This document shows, piece by piece, positions 26,922 through 35,163 of a stretch of 36,478 bases of DNA. This DNA is from Acidaminobacteraceae bacterium (GTDB lineage: Bacteria > Bacillota > Clostridia > Peptostreptococcales > Acidaminobacteraceae). Under the pieces are notes generated by a model, which saw nothing but the letters and a program-made list of their open reading frames with translations, had not been told where the DNA came from and ran no database searches. How positions within the stretch are numbered: position 1 is the first letter of the stretch; each line of letters opens with the position of its first letter. The DNA lies in assembly GCA_049647005.1 (NCBI GenBank), contig JBARWW010000214.1, positions 1 through 36,478 on the forward strand. Direction: 5' to 3'. A program made the position numbers and the translations under genes.

Positions 26922-28394
26922 TTATATCATATTGTTGTTGTTAATTATTTCACTTGCAATTACAGCATCATCAAAGTCAAATTTTGTATTACCTATAATT
27001 TGATAGTCCTCATGACCTTTACCAGCTATAACAAGAACATCTTCTTTATTTAAATTGCCTATAGCAAGCTCTATAGCTTGTCTTCTATCGCCTTCAATAA
27101 TAACTTTTGACTGATTTTCAACTGCAATACCAGCTTTAATCTCAGATATTATTGTATTTGAGTCCTCGTTTCTAGGATTATCACTAGTGATAATGGCCAT
27201 ATCGGCTTTTCTCGAAACAATCTCACCCATAACAGGTCTCTTTAGCTTGTCTCGATCGCCACCACATCCAAAAACAACTATAACTTTTCCACTTGTAAGT
27301 TCACGTACTATATCAATTATCTTATCAATAGCATCAGGTGTATGAGCGTAATCAACAAATACATTTAGACCTTTATCATTCTTAACAGACTCAAGTCTTC
27401 CTTCAACACTCTCTATAAATGTTGAAGCAAGAACTATGTCTTCCTGAGAGTATCCAAGAAGAATAAGTACACCAACAGCACAAAGATAGTTATATATAAA
27501 CACCCTTCCACGAAGTTTTATACTAATATCAGTGGTAAACTCTGGAGTGACTAATTCAAATTCCGATCCCTTTGTAGTAATCACTATGTTTTTTGCTGAT
27601 ATATCTGAACTTTTATCAAGACCAACTGACAAAACATCGTAGCCCTCACCATTTAGTTCTTCATATATTTTCATGCCATATTCATCATCAGTATTTATAA
27701 CATTTCCGCTTTTAGTCATATAGAATAATTTTTCTTTAGCTTTACAATACTTCTCCATATCACCGTGAAAATCTAAATGTTCAGGTGTAAGGTTTGTAAA
27801 GACAGCTATATCAAAATCTAATCCATAAACACGATCAAGTTCTAGAGCATGAGATGATACTTCTATAACTGCTGAATTAACATTGTCCTCTTTCATAAGT
27901 GAAAAAAGCCTATTAAGTTCTGGAGATTCTGGCGTTGTATTGTTTGTACTATAAATCTTATCACCAACCTTATTACCTATAGTTCCAAAAACTGCTGTCT
28001 TCTTTTTAAGACCAGTTAGCATCTTTTCTATTGTTTGAGCAGTTGTAGTTTTACCATTTGTACCTGTAACACCTATAAGTGTAATATCTGCACTAGGATT
28101 TTCATAAAAAATATTTGATGCTATAGCAAGCGCACGCCTCGAGTTACAAACAACTATATAATTAACATCATTATCTAAAATGTATTTATCATCCGTTAAA
28201 ATGATTGTTGACGCTCCATTTGAAATTGCTTTTTCTATATATTTATGACCATCTTCTGTATAACCTTTTATAGCTACAAAACAATAGCCCTTTTTTATAT
28301 TTCTAGAATCAAGATCAACACCAGTTATATCAATGTTATTTCTAAGTTGACTAGCAACTGAACCAAGTTCTTCTACAAGTAATTTTATCTCCAT
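26922..28394 (-). CDS. murE: UDP-N-acetylmuramoyl-L-alanyl-D-glutamate--2,6-diaminopimelate ligase MurE (DNPR motif)
   Basis: 490 aa. ATP-binding loop is GVTGTNGKTT. Also has DYAHTPDA. The motif TSDNPRNED (DNPR encoded at 27171-27182) is the variant associated with meso-DAP-adding enzymes. Confidence 0.9.
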   Translation of the reverse strand: MEIKLLVEELGSVASQLRNNIDITGVDLDSRNIKKGYCFVAIKGYTEDGHKYIEKAISNGASTIILTDDKYILDNDVNYIVVCNSRRALAIASNIFYENPSADITLIGVTGTNGKTTTAQTIEKMLTGLKKKTAVFGTIGNKVGDKIYSTNNTTPESPELNRLFSLMKEDNVNSAVIEVSSHALELDRVYGLDFDIAVFTNLTPEHLDFHGDMEKYCKAKEKLFYMTKSGNVINTDDEYGMKIYEELNGEGYDVLSVGLDKSSDISAKNIVITTKGSEFELVTPEFTTDISIKLRGRVFIYNYLCAVGVLILLGYSQEDIVLASTFIESVEGRLESVKNDKGLNVFVDYAHTPDAIDKIIDIVRELTSGKVIVVFGCGGDRDKLKRPVMGEIVSRKADMAIITSDNPRNEDSNTIISEIKAGIAVENQSKVIIEGDRRQAIELAIGNLNKEDVLVIAGKGHEDYQIIGNTKFDFDDAVIASEIINNNNMI

Positions 28395-28439
28395 AGAACC
28401 TCCATGTTAAAGCTTTATATTTCTATAAGTTTAATTAAA

Positions 28440-28457
28440 GGCAGCTCTAAAGCTGCC
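28440..28457 (-). terminator. weak hairpin between the PBP gene and murE (possible partial terminator)
   Basis: GGCAGCT-CTAA-AGCTGCC (7-bp stem), followed on the minus strand by TTTAATTAAA. Confidence 0.3.
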
Positions 28458-28534
28458 CATACAATTATACCATAATAACTATTTTTTTTGAATAAATTAG
28501 ATTTATAATTAACTACTTTGAATTTTTTTACAAA

Positions 28535-30523
28535 CTACTTTCCAAAATATAATATCAAAGATGACTTTTCACTTGCTATACTACCTGATAGTGGGTATTG
28601 CTTAGTTACGATCATACTTTTGTCGTCCACTTTTATAGGAACAGTACTTAAAGCTAGCCCAGAAGCCGTTACAATTTTCTCTGATTGCTCTAGAGTCTTT
28701 CCAACTAAGTCTGGAACAGCTATCGTTTTAAGAACCGATTTAAATTCAGGTTCAATTTTTAGATATCTCAGAGAATCTTCAAGTATTGACTTAGCTATTG
28801 GGGCAGCAACAACACTACCATAGTTAGTATCTTCTGGTTCATCTACTATAACTAAGACTGTAAGTTTCGGATCATCTACTGGTGCAACACCAAAAAATGA
28901 AGAATATGCCAAAACATCAGAATATTGACCATTTACTAATTTCTCACTAGTACCAGTCTTTCCACCTACTCGAATACCTGGTATATAGGCTTTTTTAGCT
29001 GACCCATTAATTACAACTGATTCCATCATTAATCTGATGTCATCTGATGTTTTTTTACTAACGACTGATCTTATCAGTTTAGGTGCTATACTCTTTATTA
29101 TTTCACCATTATCATCAGTGAATGCTTTTACCATATGTGGCTCCATAAGATTACCACCATTAACAGTTGCAGAAAGTGCAGTTATAACTTGTATAGGTGT
29201 GTTACTCATACCACCACCAAATGTCATTGTTGCATTATCTACCGGACCTGCTTTTTCTTTTTTCAGATACAGCGATGAGCCCTCTGCTGGAAGATCAATC
29301 CCAGTTTTATTGAACATACCAAAGGAATCAAAATATCTGTAGAGGGTTTCTTCACCTAGATTCTGCCCTATATCAATAAAAATTGTATTTACAGAGTTTT
29401 CAAGAGCCTGTGTAAGCGTTTGTTCTTCAAAAGGATTATTTCTTCTCCAATTGTATATTCTTGTGCCATATATATCGGCATAACCCTTGTCGTAATATTC
29501 TTTAGATGGATAAGTGACATTTTCCTCTATACCAATCGCTGAAGTTACAAGCTTCATAACAGAACCAGGCTCATATGTATCACCTATAATTGGATTTCTC
29601 CATCTCTCATTCCAATTTTTCATTAGATCATCAACACTCATAACTTCTAATTCTTCTGGAGTAAATAATGACGATAAGTCTCTTGGTTGATTTGGATTAT
29701 AATCCGGTTTTGTTGACATAGCAAGAATCTCACCTGTAGACGGATCCATAACTATGGCCATTACTTTCTTTGCTCCATGCTCTTCATAAGCCTTATCAAT
29801 CGCCCGTTCAGTAAAATGCTGAATAACTTCGTCAATTGTAAGTGTTAAATTATATCCCTGAACAGGTTCAAATACCTCTTCATCATAATATGGAAGTGGT
29901 CGTCCCTGAACATCAGTACTCGTTATAAATTTACCTGATATACCCCTAAGTTCTTTTTCATAATAATATTCAATACCGGCTATACCTATATTGTCTATAT
30001 TGGTATGTCCAAGTACATGCGATGCAAAGTTTGAGTATGGGTAAACTCTTTTGTTATTCTCGGCAACCCAAACCCCACGAGTATTCATATTTCTAATTAG
30101 ATCCGCTTGACTCTTGTTAAGTCCTTTTGCAAGCTTTATAAGCGATTTACCTGAGTTAAGCTCATCTAAAATATCACTTTCTGACATAGCTATTATAGGT
30201 GATATATGCTCAACTACTTTGTCTCTATGTACTATATTTTCAGCTGGTCTATCTTTATATTTTCTATTTATATTTTCTGGTCTAATATAAACGTCATAAG
30301 TAACTACGCTAAATGCAAGCTTCATTCCATTTCTATCATTTATCGTTCCGCGTTTTGCAGGAAGCTCTATATCTTTTACCTGTTGGTTTATAGCCATTTT
30401 TTTATAATCATCACCGCGGATAACTTGTATCCAAGCAAGACGCCCTATAAGTATTGAAAATATAGCAAGAACTAGAAACATTGCTATAAGTAACCGACCT
30501 CTATTTTTTGAACTTGTTTCCAT
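28535..30523 (-). CDS. class B penicillin-binding protein (PBP2B/SpoVD/FtsI-type transpeptidase) with one C-terminal PASTA domain
   Basis: 662 aa. N-terminal TM anchor. Transpeptidase motifs are SVMK (in GSVMKLV), SVN (in ENSVNT) and KTGTS. The PASTA-like C-terminus is VPDLVGKTLEQSEKIVTASGL. SD AAAGGAG lies upstream. Confidence 0.92.
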   Translation of the reverse strand: METSSKNRGRLLIAMFLVLAIFSILIGRLAWIQVIRGDDYKKMAINQQVKDIELPAKRGTINDRNGMKLAFSVVTYDVYIRPENINRKYKDRPAENIVHRDKVVEHISPIIAMSESDILDELNSGKSLIKLAKGLNKSQADLIRNMNTRGVWVAENNKRVYPYSNFASHVLGHTNIDNIGIAGIEYYYEKELRGISGKFITSTDVQGRPLPYYDEEVFEPVQGYNLTLTIDEVIQHFTERAIDKAYEEHGAKKVMAIVMDPSTGEILAMSTKPDYNPNQPRDLSSLFTPEELEVMSVDDLMKNWNERWRNPIIGDTYEPGSVMKLVTSAIGIEENVTYPSKEYYDKGYADIYGTRIYNWRRNNPFEEQTLTQALENSVNTIFIDIGQNLGEETLYRYFDSFGMFNKTGIDLPAEGSSLYLKKEKAGPVDNATMTFGGGMSNTPIQVITALSATVNGGNLMEPHMVKAFTDDNGEIIKSIAPKLIRSVVSKKTSDDIRLMMESVVINGSAKKAYIPGIRVGGKTGTSEKLVNGQYSDVLAYSSFFGVAPVDDPKLTVLVIVDEPEDTNYGSVVAAPIAKSILEDSLRYLKIEPEFKSVLKTIAVPDLVGKTLEQSEKIVTASGLALSTVPIKVDDKSMIVTKQYPLSGSIASEKSSLILYFGK

Positions 30524-30647
30524 AAAAACGCTCCTTTAGCCTGTAACTTCTAAACGTACTACTAAATATTATCACAAAACGTTAGTTATTATCAAAATTC
30601 GTAATCATTTGTAACTTATTTAACTTACAAACCTAGTTTCTTATCTG

Positions 30648-30672
30648 AAAAAGCCACCCATAAAAGGTGGCT
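30648..30672 (-). terminator. rho-independent terminator between ftsL and the PBP gene
   Basis: AGCCACC (30652-30658) / GGTGGCT (30666-30672) with a 7-nt loop, followed on the minus strand by TTTTT. It lies about 40 nt after the ftsL stop. Confidence 0.65.
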
Positions 30673-30712
30673 TTTGTATTTGTTGATATAACAAAGGTTC
30701 TTCATTCTATTA

Positions 30713-31228
30713 CTAATCAATCAAATTATTTATTAGAGCCGCTATATTTTTTGTACCCTCAATAAAATTTGTACTACTAACAGGTTCACTAGAATCAGCT
30801 GATTTCACTTCGTCTAGTTTATAATTCCAGTTGGAATTTATATATATTATCTGCTCTTGTCTCGGATACTGCATATTTAATTCTTCCATAGCAACTTTTT
30901 CTATATTTTCTAAAACAACAACACTATCAAGCTGAGACTTTAAGTCTTCAATTTCAATTTTGTATTGTCCTATTTCTTTTTGATATTCATAGTTATTATA
31001 CTTCAACTCATAAACATTGGCATAAATAACTACTACAAGTGCAAGCGCAGCAAACATAAGTAGCGCAGCAAAAATAGTTCTCGAAACAGAGGCAAGCCTC
31101 TTAATCCATGACTCTTTCTCTTTTTTTATTTGAAACTGTTGTTTTTTAGCTTCAACATGAGTATCATGTATATAGTTTTTATAGTCGTTATAATCATTAA
31201 ATTCGCTTATCTGTTTGGCAGCTAACAT
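30713..31228 (-). CDS. ftsL: cell division protein FtsL (septum formation initiator family)
   Basis: 171 aa. Single TM helix (IFAALLMFAALALVVVIYA), then a coiled-coil, then the LENIEKVAMEELNMQYP motif typical of FtsL. SD AAGGAGGG lies 5 nt upstream. Position between rsmH and the PBP gene. Confidence 0.85.
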   Translation of the reverse strand: MLAAKQISEFNDYNDYKNYIHDTHVEAKKQQFQIKKEKESWIKRLASVSRTIFAALLMFAALALVVVIYANVYELKYNNYEYQKEIGQYKIEIEDLKSQLDSVVVLENIEKVAMEELNMQYPRQEQIIYINSNWNYKLDEVKSADSSEPVSSTNFIEGTKNIAALINNLID

Positions 31229-31246
31229 ATCGTCCCTCCTTGGACA

Positions 31247-32179
31247 CTATATTTTTTCTGCAACCCTAAGTTTAGCACTCCTTGCTCTTGGGTTTGCCTC
31301 TAACTCATCTTCCGGCGAAATAATTGGCTTACGAGTTATGATTTTTAATTTAGGTTTGTTATCACAAACACAAATCGGGAATTCACTAGGACAAATGCAT
31401 CCTGCATTAAGATCCTTGTAAGTTCTTTTAACTAATCTATCTTCTAATGAGTGGAATGTTATGATACTAATTCTTCCACCAGGATTAAGCACAGTTTCAA
31501 TATCCTTAATTGTGTCAGCAATAATACCGAGTTCGTTGTTAACTTCTATACGAATAGCTTGGAAAGTTCTCTTTGCTGGATGCGGTCCATCACGTCTAGC
31601 TTTTGATGGAATAGCTTTTTTAATTATATCTACAAGCTCATAAGTAGTTTCAATTGGCTTCTCAGCTCTCATTTCTACTATAAACTTAGCAATCCTCTTG
31701 GCCCAGTTATCTTCGCCATAATCTTTTATAATTCTGTGAAGATCTGCTTCTGAATAATCATTTACAACATCATATGCCGTAAAATCACAACTTCTATCCA
31801 TTCTCATATCTAGAGCTCCATCATGCATATAAGAGAAGCCTCTTGTAGCTTCATCTAATTGATAAGAGGATACACCAAGGTCCATCATCATACCATCTAT
31901 CTTATCTATACCAAGTTCTTCTAACACATCTAATATGTTTGAAAAATTACTGTGTACTAGAATCAATTTATCTTCATACTTTTTAAGTTTTTCGCCAGCT
32001 GCCGCTAAAGCATCCTTATCTTGATCTATTCCAATTAACTTTCCAGTAGTTAATCTCGAAAGTACTAGTTCAGAGTGACCTCCGCCACCAAGCGTTCCAT
32101 CAACATAAATTCCATCTGCTTTAATATTTAAACCATCAACCGTTTCATTGAGTAATACCGATACATGTTCAAAATCCAT
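31247..32179 (-). CDS. rsmH: 16S rRNA (cytosine1402-N4)-methyltransferase RsmH (MraW)
   Basis: 310 aa. N-terminus is [13 protein letters not shown]. Also has [20 protein letters not shown] and FHSLEDR. Confidence 0.95.
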   Translation of the reverse strand: MDFEHVSVLLNETVDGLNIKADGIYVDGTLGGGGHSELVLSRLTTGKLIGIDQDKDALAAAGEKLKKYEDKLILVHSNFSNILDVLEELGIDKIDGMMMDLGVSSYQLDEATRGFSYMHDGALDMRMDRSCDFTAYDVVNDYSEADLHRIIKDYGEDNWAKRIAKFIVEMRAEKPIETTYELVDIIKKAIPSKARRDGPHPAKRTFQAIRIEVNNELGIIADTIKDIETVLNPGGRISIITFHSLEDRLVKRTYKDLNAGCICPSEFPICVCDNKPKLKIITRKPIISPEDELEANPRARSAKLRVAEKI

Positions 32180-32195
32180 TGTTTCACCTTCTCCT

Positions 32196-32627
32196 CTATA
32201 TTCCTAACTCTGCCATATGCTCAGCTATTTCATCATAGCTAATATTTTTGGGGTCATTATATTCTTCCCAAACGTCTGATGCCCATACTTCTATACGACT
32301 ACCTACGCCAATTACAACTGCGTCTTTCTGAATTTTTCCATGCTCTCTCAATGTTTGCGGTATAGTAATACGACCCTGTTTATCAAATGATACTTCAGTA
32401 GCACCGGCAAAAAATAACCTAACAAAGGCTCTTGCCTCTTTCTTTGTAAGAGGTAAAGTCTTTAGCTTATCTTCGAATACCTTCCATTCATCTTCTGGAA
32501 AAATAAATAGACAATTATCTAATCCCTTAGTGAGATAGAAAACCTCGCCTAATTTTTCTCTGAATTTTGAAGGTATGTTTATTCTTCCTTTTGAATCAAT
32601 CGAATGATTAAACTCACCAATAAACAT
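32196..32627 (-). CDS. mraZ: transcriptional regulator MraZ
   Basis: 143 aa. N-terminus is [23 protein letters not shown]. The second DxxxR repeat is [14 protein letters not shown]. It is the first gene of the dcw cluster. Confidence 0.95.
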   Translation of the reverse strand: MFIGEFNHSIDSKGRINIPSKFREKLGEVFYLTKGLDNCLFIFPEDEWKVFEDKLKTLPLTKKEARAFVRLFFAGATEVSFDKQGRITIPQTLREHGKIQKDAVVIGVGSRIEVWASDVWEEYNDPKNISYDEIAEHMAELGI

Positions 32628-32652
32628 GCCGCCACCACCTATAGGGTTTTTA

Positions 32653-32680
32653 ACCCACTACGCACCACTTTTAACCACTT
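32653..32680 (-). promoter_or_regulatory. probable MraZ operator: three direct AGTGG(T/G) repeats at 10-bp phasing
   Basis: On the minus strand, AGTGGT (32679-32674), AGTGGT (32669-32664) and AGTGGG (32659-32654) are exactly 10 bp apart. They lie between the candidate -10 and the mraZ SD. A further GGTGGT (32639-32634) sits two helical turns on, overlapping the SD. Confidence 0.6.
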
Positions 32681-32696
32681 TATTACTATGGTAATT

Positions 32697-32725
32697 ATTA
32701 TACCACTAAATTAGTAAAAAGATAA
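32697..32725 (-). promoter_or_regulatory. candidate dcw (Pmra) sigma-A promoter with extended -10
   Basis: On the minus strand, TGGTATAAT (TG 32705-32704, TATAAT 32702-32697). A weak -35, TTATCT (32725-32720), sits at 17-nt spacing. Confidence 0.5.
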
Positions 32726-32899
32726 ATATTATTTTGTCTTTTTTTAGTTTATATTGTTAAATTATAGTAATCATTGAGAGTAGTCTTTTCAATGTGTTCA
32801 ACTTTTAAGCTTCACATTTTACAAAAATAGGGTCATATAAAGTTCACTTTATACGTCGGTGGTGACTTGTCCCTTTTTTTGCATGGAATTTATTAAATC

Positions 32900-32960
32900 G
32901 TATTTTCCACACCTATATCCACGATGAAAAATTTGCCTTGCGAATCTTTGTTTCTTTATT
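32900..32960. repeat. degenerate solo copy of the 3' half of the 119-nt repeat seen at 3969-4236
   Basis: CACGATGAAAAATTTGCCTTGCGAATCTTTGTTTCT (32920-32955) aligns with CACGATGGAAAAATTTACTTGCGAGCCTTTCTTTTCT (4201-4237) and with GCGTGATGAAAAAAATTTACTCACGAAGCTTTCTTGCT (4083-4120). Orientation on the plus strand is the same. Confidence 0.55.
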
Positions 32961-33001
32961 TCTTCCTTTCACTGCATACATTTTTTTATAATTGTCTGCA
33001 T

Positions 33002-33040
33002 AAAAAAAGCTACTTCACAAATCTTCATGTAAAGTAGCTT
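33002..33040 (-). terminator. rho-independent terminator after lgt
   Basis: On the minus strand, AAAGCTACTTTACATGAAGATTTGTGAAGTAGCTTT (stem AGCTACTT/AAGTAGCT plus extension) followed by TTTTTTT. It starts about 12 nt after the lgt stop. Confidence 0.75.
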
Positions 33041-33051
33041 TACTTTAAAAA

Positions 33052-33783
33052 TCAATCTTTACTGTATTTCCTTATTAGCTTAAATCCTATAATAGATGAG
33101 ATTATAATTGCTATGCTTATAACTTGTGCCATTCTAAGTGAACCAAGCATTAGTGAATCTGTTCTAAGTCCTTCTATAAAGAATCTACCAAATGAATATA
33201 ATCCAAGATAGATCATTATAACTTCACCATTATGTTTCTTTCTATCTTTGTACTTCCATATAAATGCAAATACTAAGAGATTCCAGACTGATTCGTATAA
33301 AAATGTCGGGTGAACTTTCGCACCATCAACCATTATACCCCAAGGTAGGTCTGTTGGTCCACCGTGAGCTTCATTATTCATGAAATTTCCCCAGCGTCCA
33401 ATTGCTTGACCAAGAACAAGACCAGGAGCCGCCATGTCCGCTAACTGCCAAAACTTAAGTCCACGTCTCTTGCAAAATAGATAACCTGAAAGAAGTCCAA
33501 ATATTATACCACCATGAATAGCCATTCCACCACCACGAGTATTGATTATCTTAAGGAAATCCCACTGATAGTACTCCCAGTTAAATGCAACATAATATAG
33601 TCTCGCTCCAACCACTGCTGATGGAAGTACTACAAGGATAAGATCATACAAATCGTTTTCCTTGATATCATACTTTTTAGCTTGTCTTAACATAAGCATT
33701 GTTCCTAGTAACATTGCAAGAGCCATAAGTATTCCATACCATCTAATCTCCAAATTAAATATCTCAAATGCTATTGGATTCAT
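33052..33783 (-). CDS. lgt: prolipoprotein diacylglyceryl transferase Lgt
   Basis: 243 aa polytopic protein. N-terminus is IRWYGILMALAML. Also has GARLYYV, GGMAIHGGI, GRWGNFMNNEAHG and HPTFLYES. Confidence 0.94.
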   Translation of the reverse strand: MNPIAFEIFNLEIRWYGILMALAMLLGTMLMLRQAKKYDIKENDLYDLILVVLPSAVVGARLYYVAFNWEYYQWDFLKIINTRGGGMAIHGGIIFGLLSGYLFCKRRGLKFWQLADMAAPGLVLGQAIGRWGNFMNNEAHGGPTDLPWGIMVDGAKVHPTFLYESVWNLLVFAFIWKYKDRKKHNGEVIMIYLGLYSFGRFFIEGLRTDSLMLGSLRMAQVISIAIIISSIIGFKLIRKYSKD

Positions 33784-33870
33784 AATTCACCTCATTTAAT
33801 TTTATTTGTAATAAAAAAATTCCTAGTTAATACAATCTTTATAATTTTTATTTACTTGTCTTAATAATAT

Positions 33871-35163
33871 TTACTTTTCTCTAACTATAGAAAGCGTAGA
33901 GAATTCCTCTTCAAAATGACCTCGTACTTCCCTAGTTATGTAGTCAAGATCTACATCATTTAAAACCTCAAGATATTCAAATAAATTTACATCTTTCATA
34001 TAATAAGATATAAATGTATTTGCAACATACTGAATTGAGTTAAATGAACTTAGGTAACGACCTATCATCTTCTTCTTAATTCTTGTGAATTCTTCCTCAA
34101 CAAAACCATTTTCTTTAAATTTGGCGATTTCCTCAAGAACTATCACTTTAACATTTTCTGGATCTTTACTTTCGCCACCTATTACCGAATAAGAGAAAGT
34201 TCTACCAAATGAGTACTCATATGAGAATGAAGCATTAATGCTACCGGCTTCATAGTGGCTACTATAAAAATCAGATCCTCTTCCTATCATCATATCAAGA
34301 GCTATCTTTATAGCCATACTTTTTTTAAGACGAGCTTTCGTATTTTCATATTGATTGTAATCCTTAAATCCAAGCGCAAATAGCGGAAGTGCAACTTCAT
34401 AATTATCTACAATGTTTTTATCTTTAACATCTCTTGGCTCATCTATAATATGAATTTTAGGTGTTATAGTTCTAGCTAAGTATTCATCAGTAAGAGAATC
34501 TTCTATTGACTTAAACACTTCCCTAACCTCTAAATCGCCTATAACAAAGACCATCATATTTTGGGGTGAGTAGAATAAATCATAGCAAGACTGAAGCTGC
34601 TCGCGTGTTATAGACTTCACAGACTCAACAGTTCCAGCTATATCATGTCTCATAGGGTGATTATGATATAAACCTTTTAGTAAGTTAAAATAAACAGCCC
34701 AATCAGAATCATCATCATACATATTAATTTCTTGTTCTATTATACCTTTTTCCTTCTCAACATTTTCATCAGTAAGGTGTGGGTTCTGAACAAAATCAAG
34801 TAGTAACTCTAAACTCTTATAAAAATTTTCTACAGTAGAAAACATATAAGCAGTTGATTGGAAGTTTGTATAGGCGTTTACATTTGCTCCAAGCTTAGCA
34901 AATTCTTCAAATATATTTTTTTCTTTATCTTCAAATATCTTATGCTCTAAAAAGTGAGCAATTCCATGTGGCATAGACGTAATTTCATCTTCGCCATCTA
35001 TTGTAAAGTCATTGTAAAGTGCACCATATCTAGTTGTAAAATATGCAAACTTCTTTTGATAATCTTTCTTAGGTATAAAGTACATCTCAAGACCAGATTC
35101 ATGTATCTTTTTATATACAACTTCATCAAGAAGCTCATTTTTTATCATTGTAATTTCTGACAT
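33871..35163 (-). CDS. M16 (pitrilysin/insulinase) family zinc peptidase with intact HxxEH motif (YmfH-like)
   Basis: 430 aa. Zinc motif is HGIAHFLEHKIFE near the N-terminus. The start ATG overlaps the upstream TAA (TAATG at 35161-35165), suggesting translational coupling. Confidence 0.85.
   Translation of the reverse strand: MSEITMIKNELLDEVVYKKIHESGLEMYFIPKKDYQKKFAYFTTRYGALYNDFTIDGEDEITSMPHGIAHFLEHKIFEDKEKNIFEEFAKLGANVNAYTNFQSTAYMFSTVENFYKSLELLLDFVQNPHLTDENVEKEKGIIEQEINMYDDDSDWAVYFNLLKGLYHNHPMRHDIAGTVESVKSITREQLQSCYDLFYSPQNMMVFVIGDLEVREVFKSIEDSLTDEYLARTITPKIHIIDEPRDVKDKNIVDNYEVALPLFALGFKDYNQYENTKARLKKSMAIKIALDMMIGRGSDFYSSHYEAGSINASFSYEYSFGRTFSYSVIGGESKDPENVKVIVLEEIAKFKENGFVEEEFTRIKKKMIGRYLSSFNSIQYVANTFISYYMKDVNLFEYLEVLNDVDLDYITREVRGHFEEEFSTLSIVREK

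Noticed and set aside
32903-32922. Two DnaA-box-like 9-mers (TTTTCCACA and ATATCCACG) upstream of the dcw cluster
   Set aside because: The matches are only 8/9 and 7/9. There is no dnaA/dnaN or AT-rich unwinding context. They fall within the degenerate repeat copy and are likely fortuitous.
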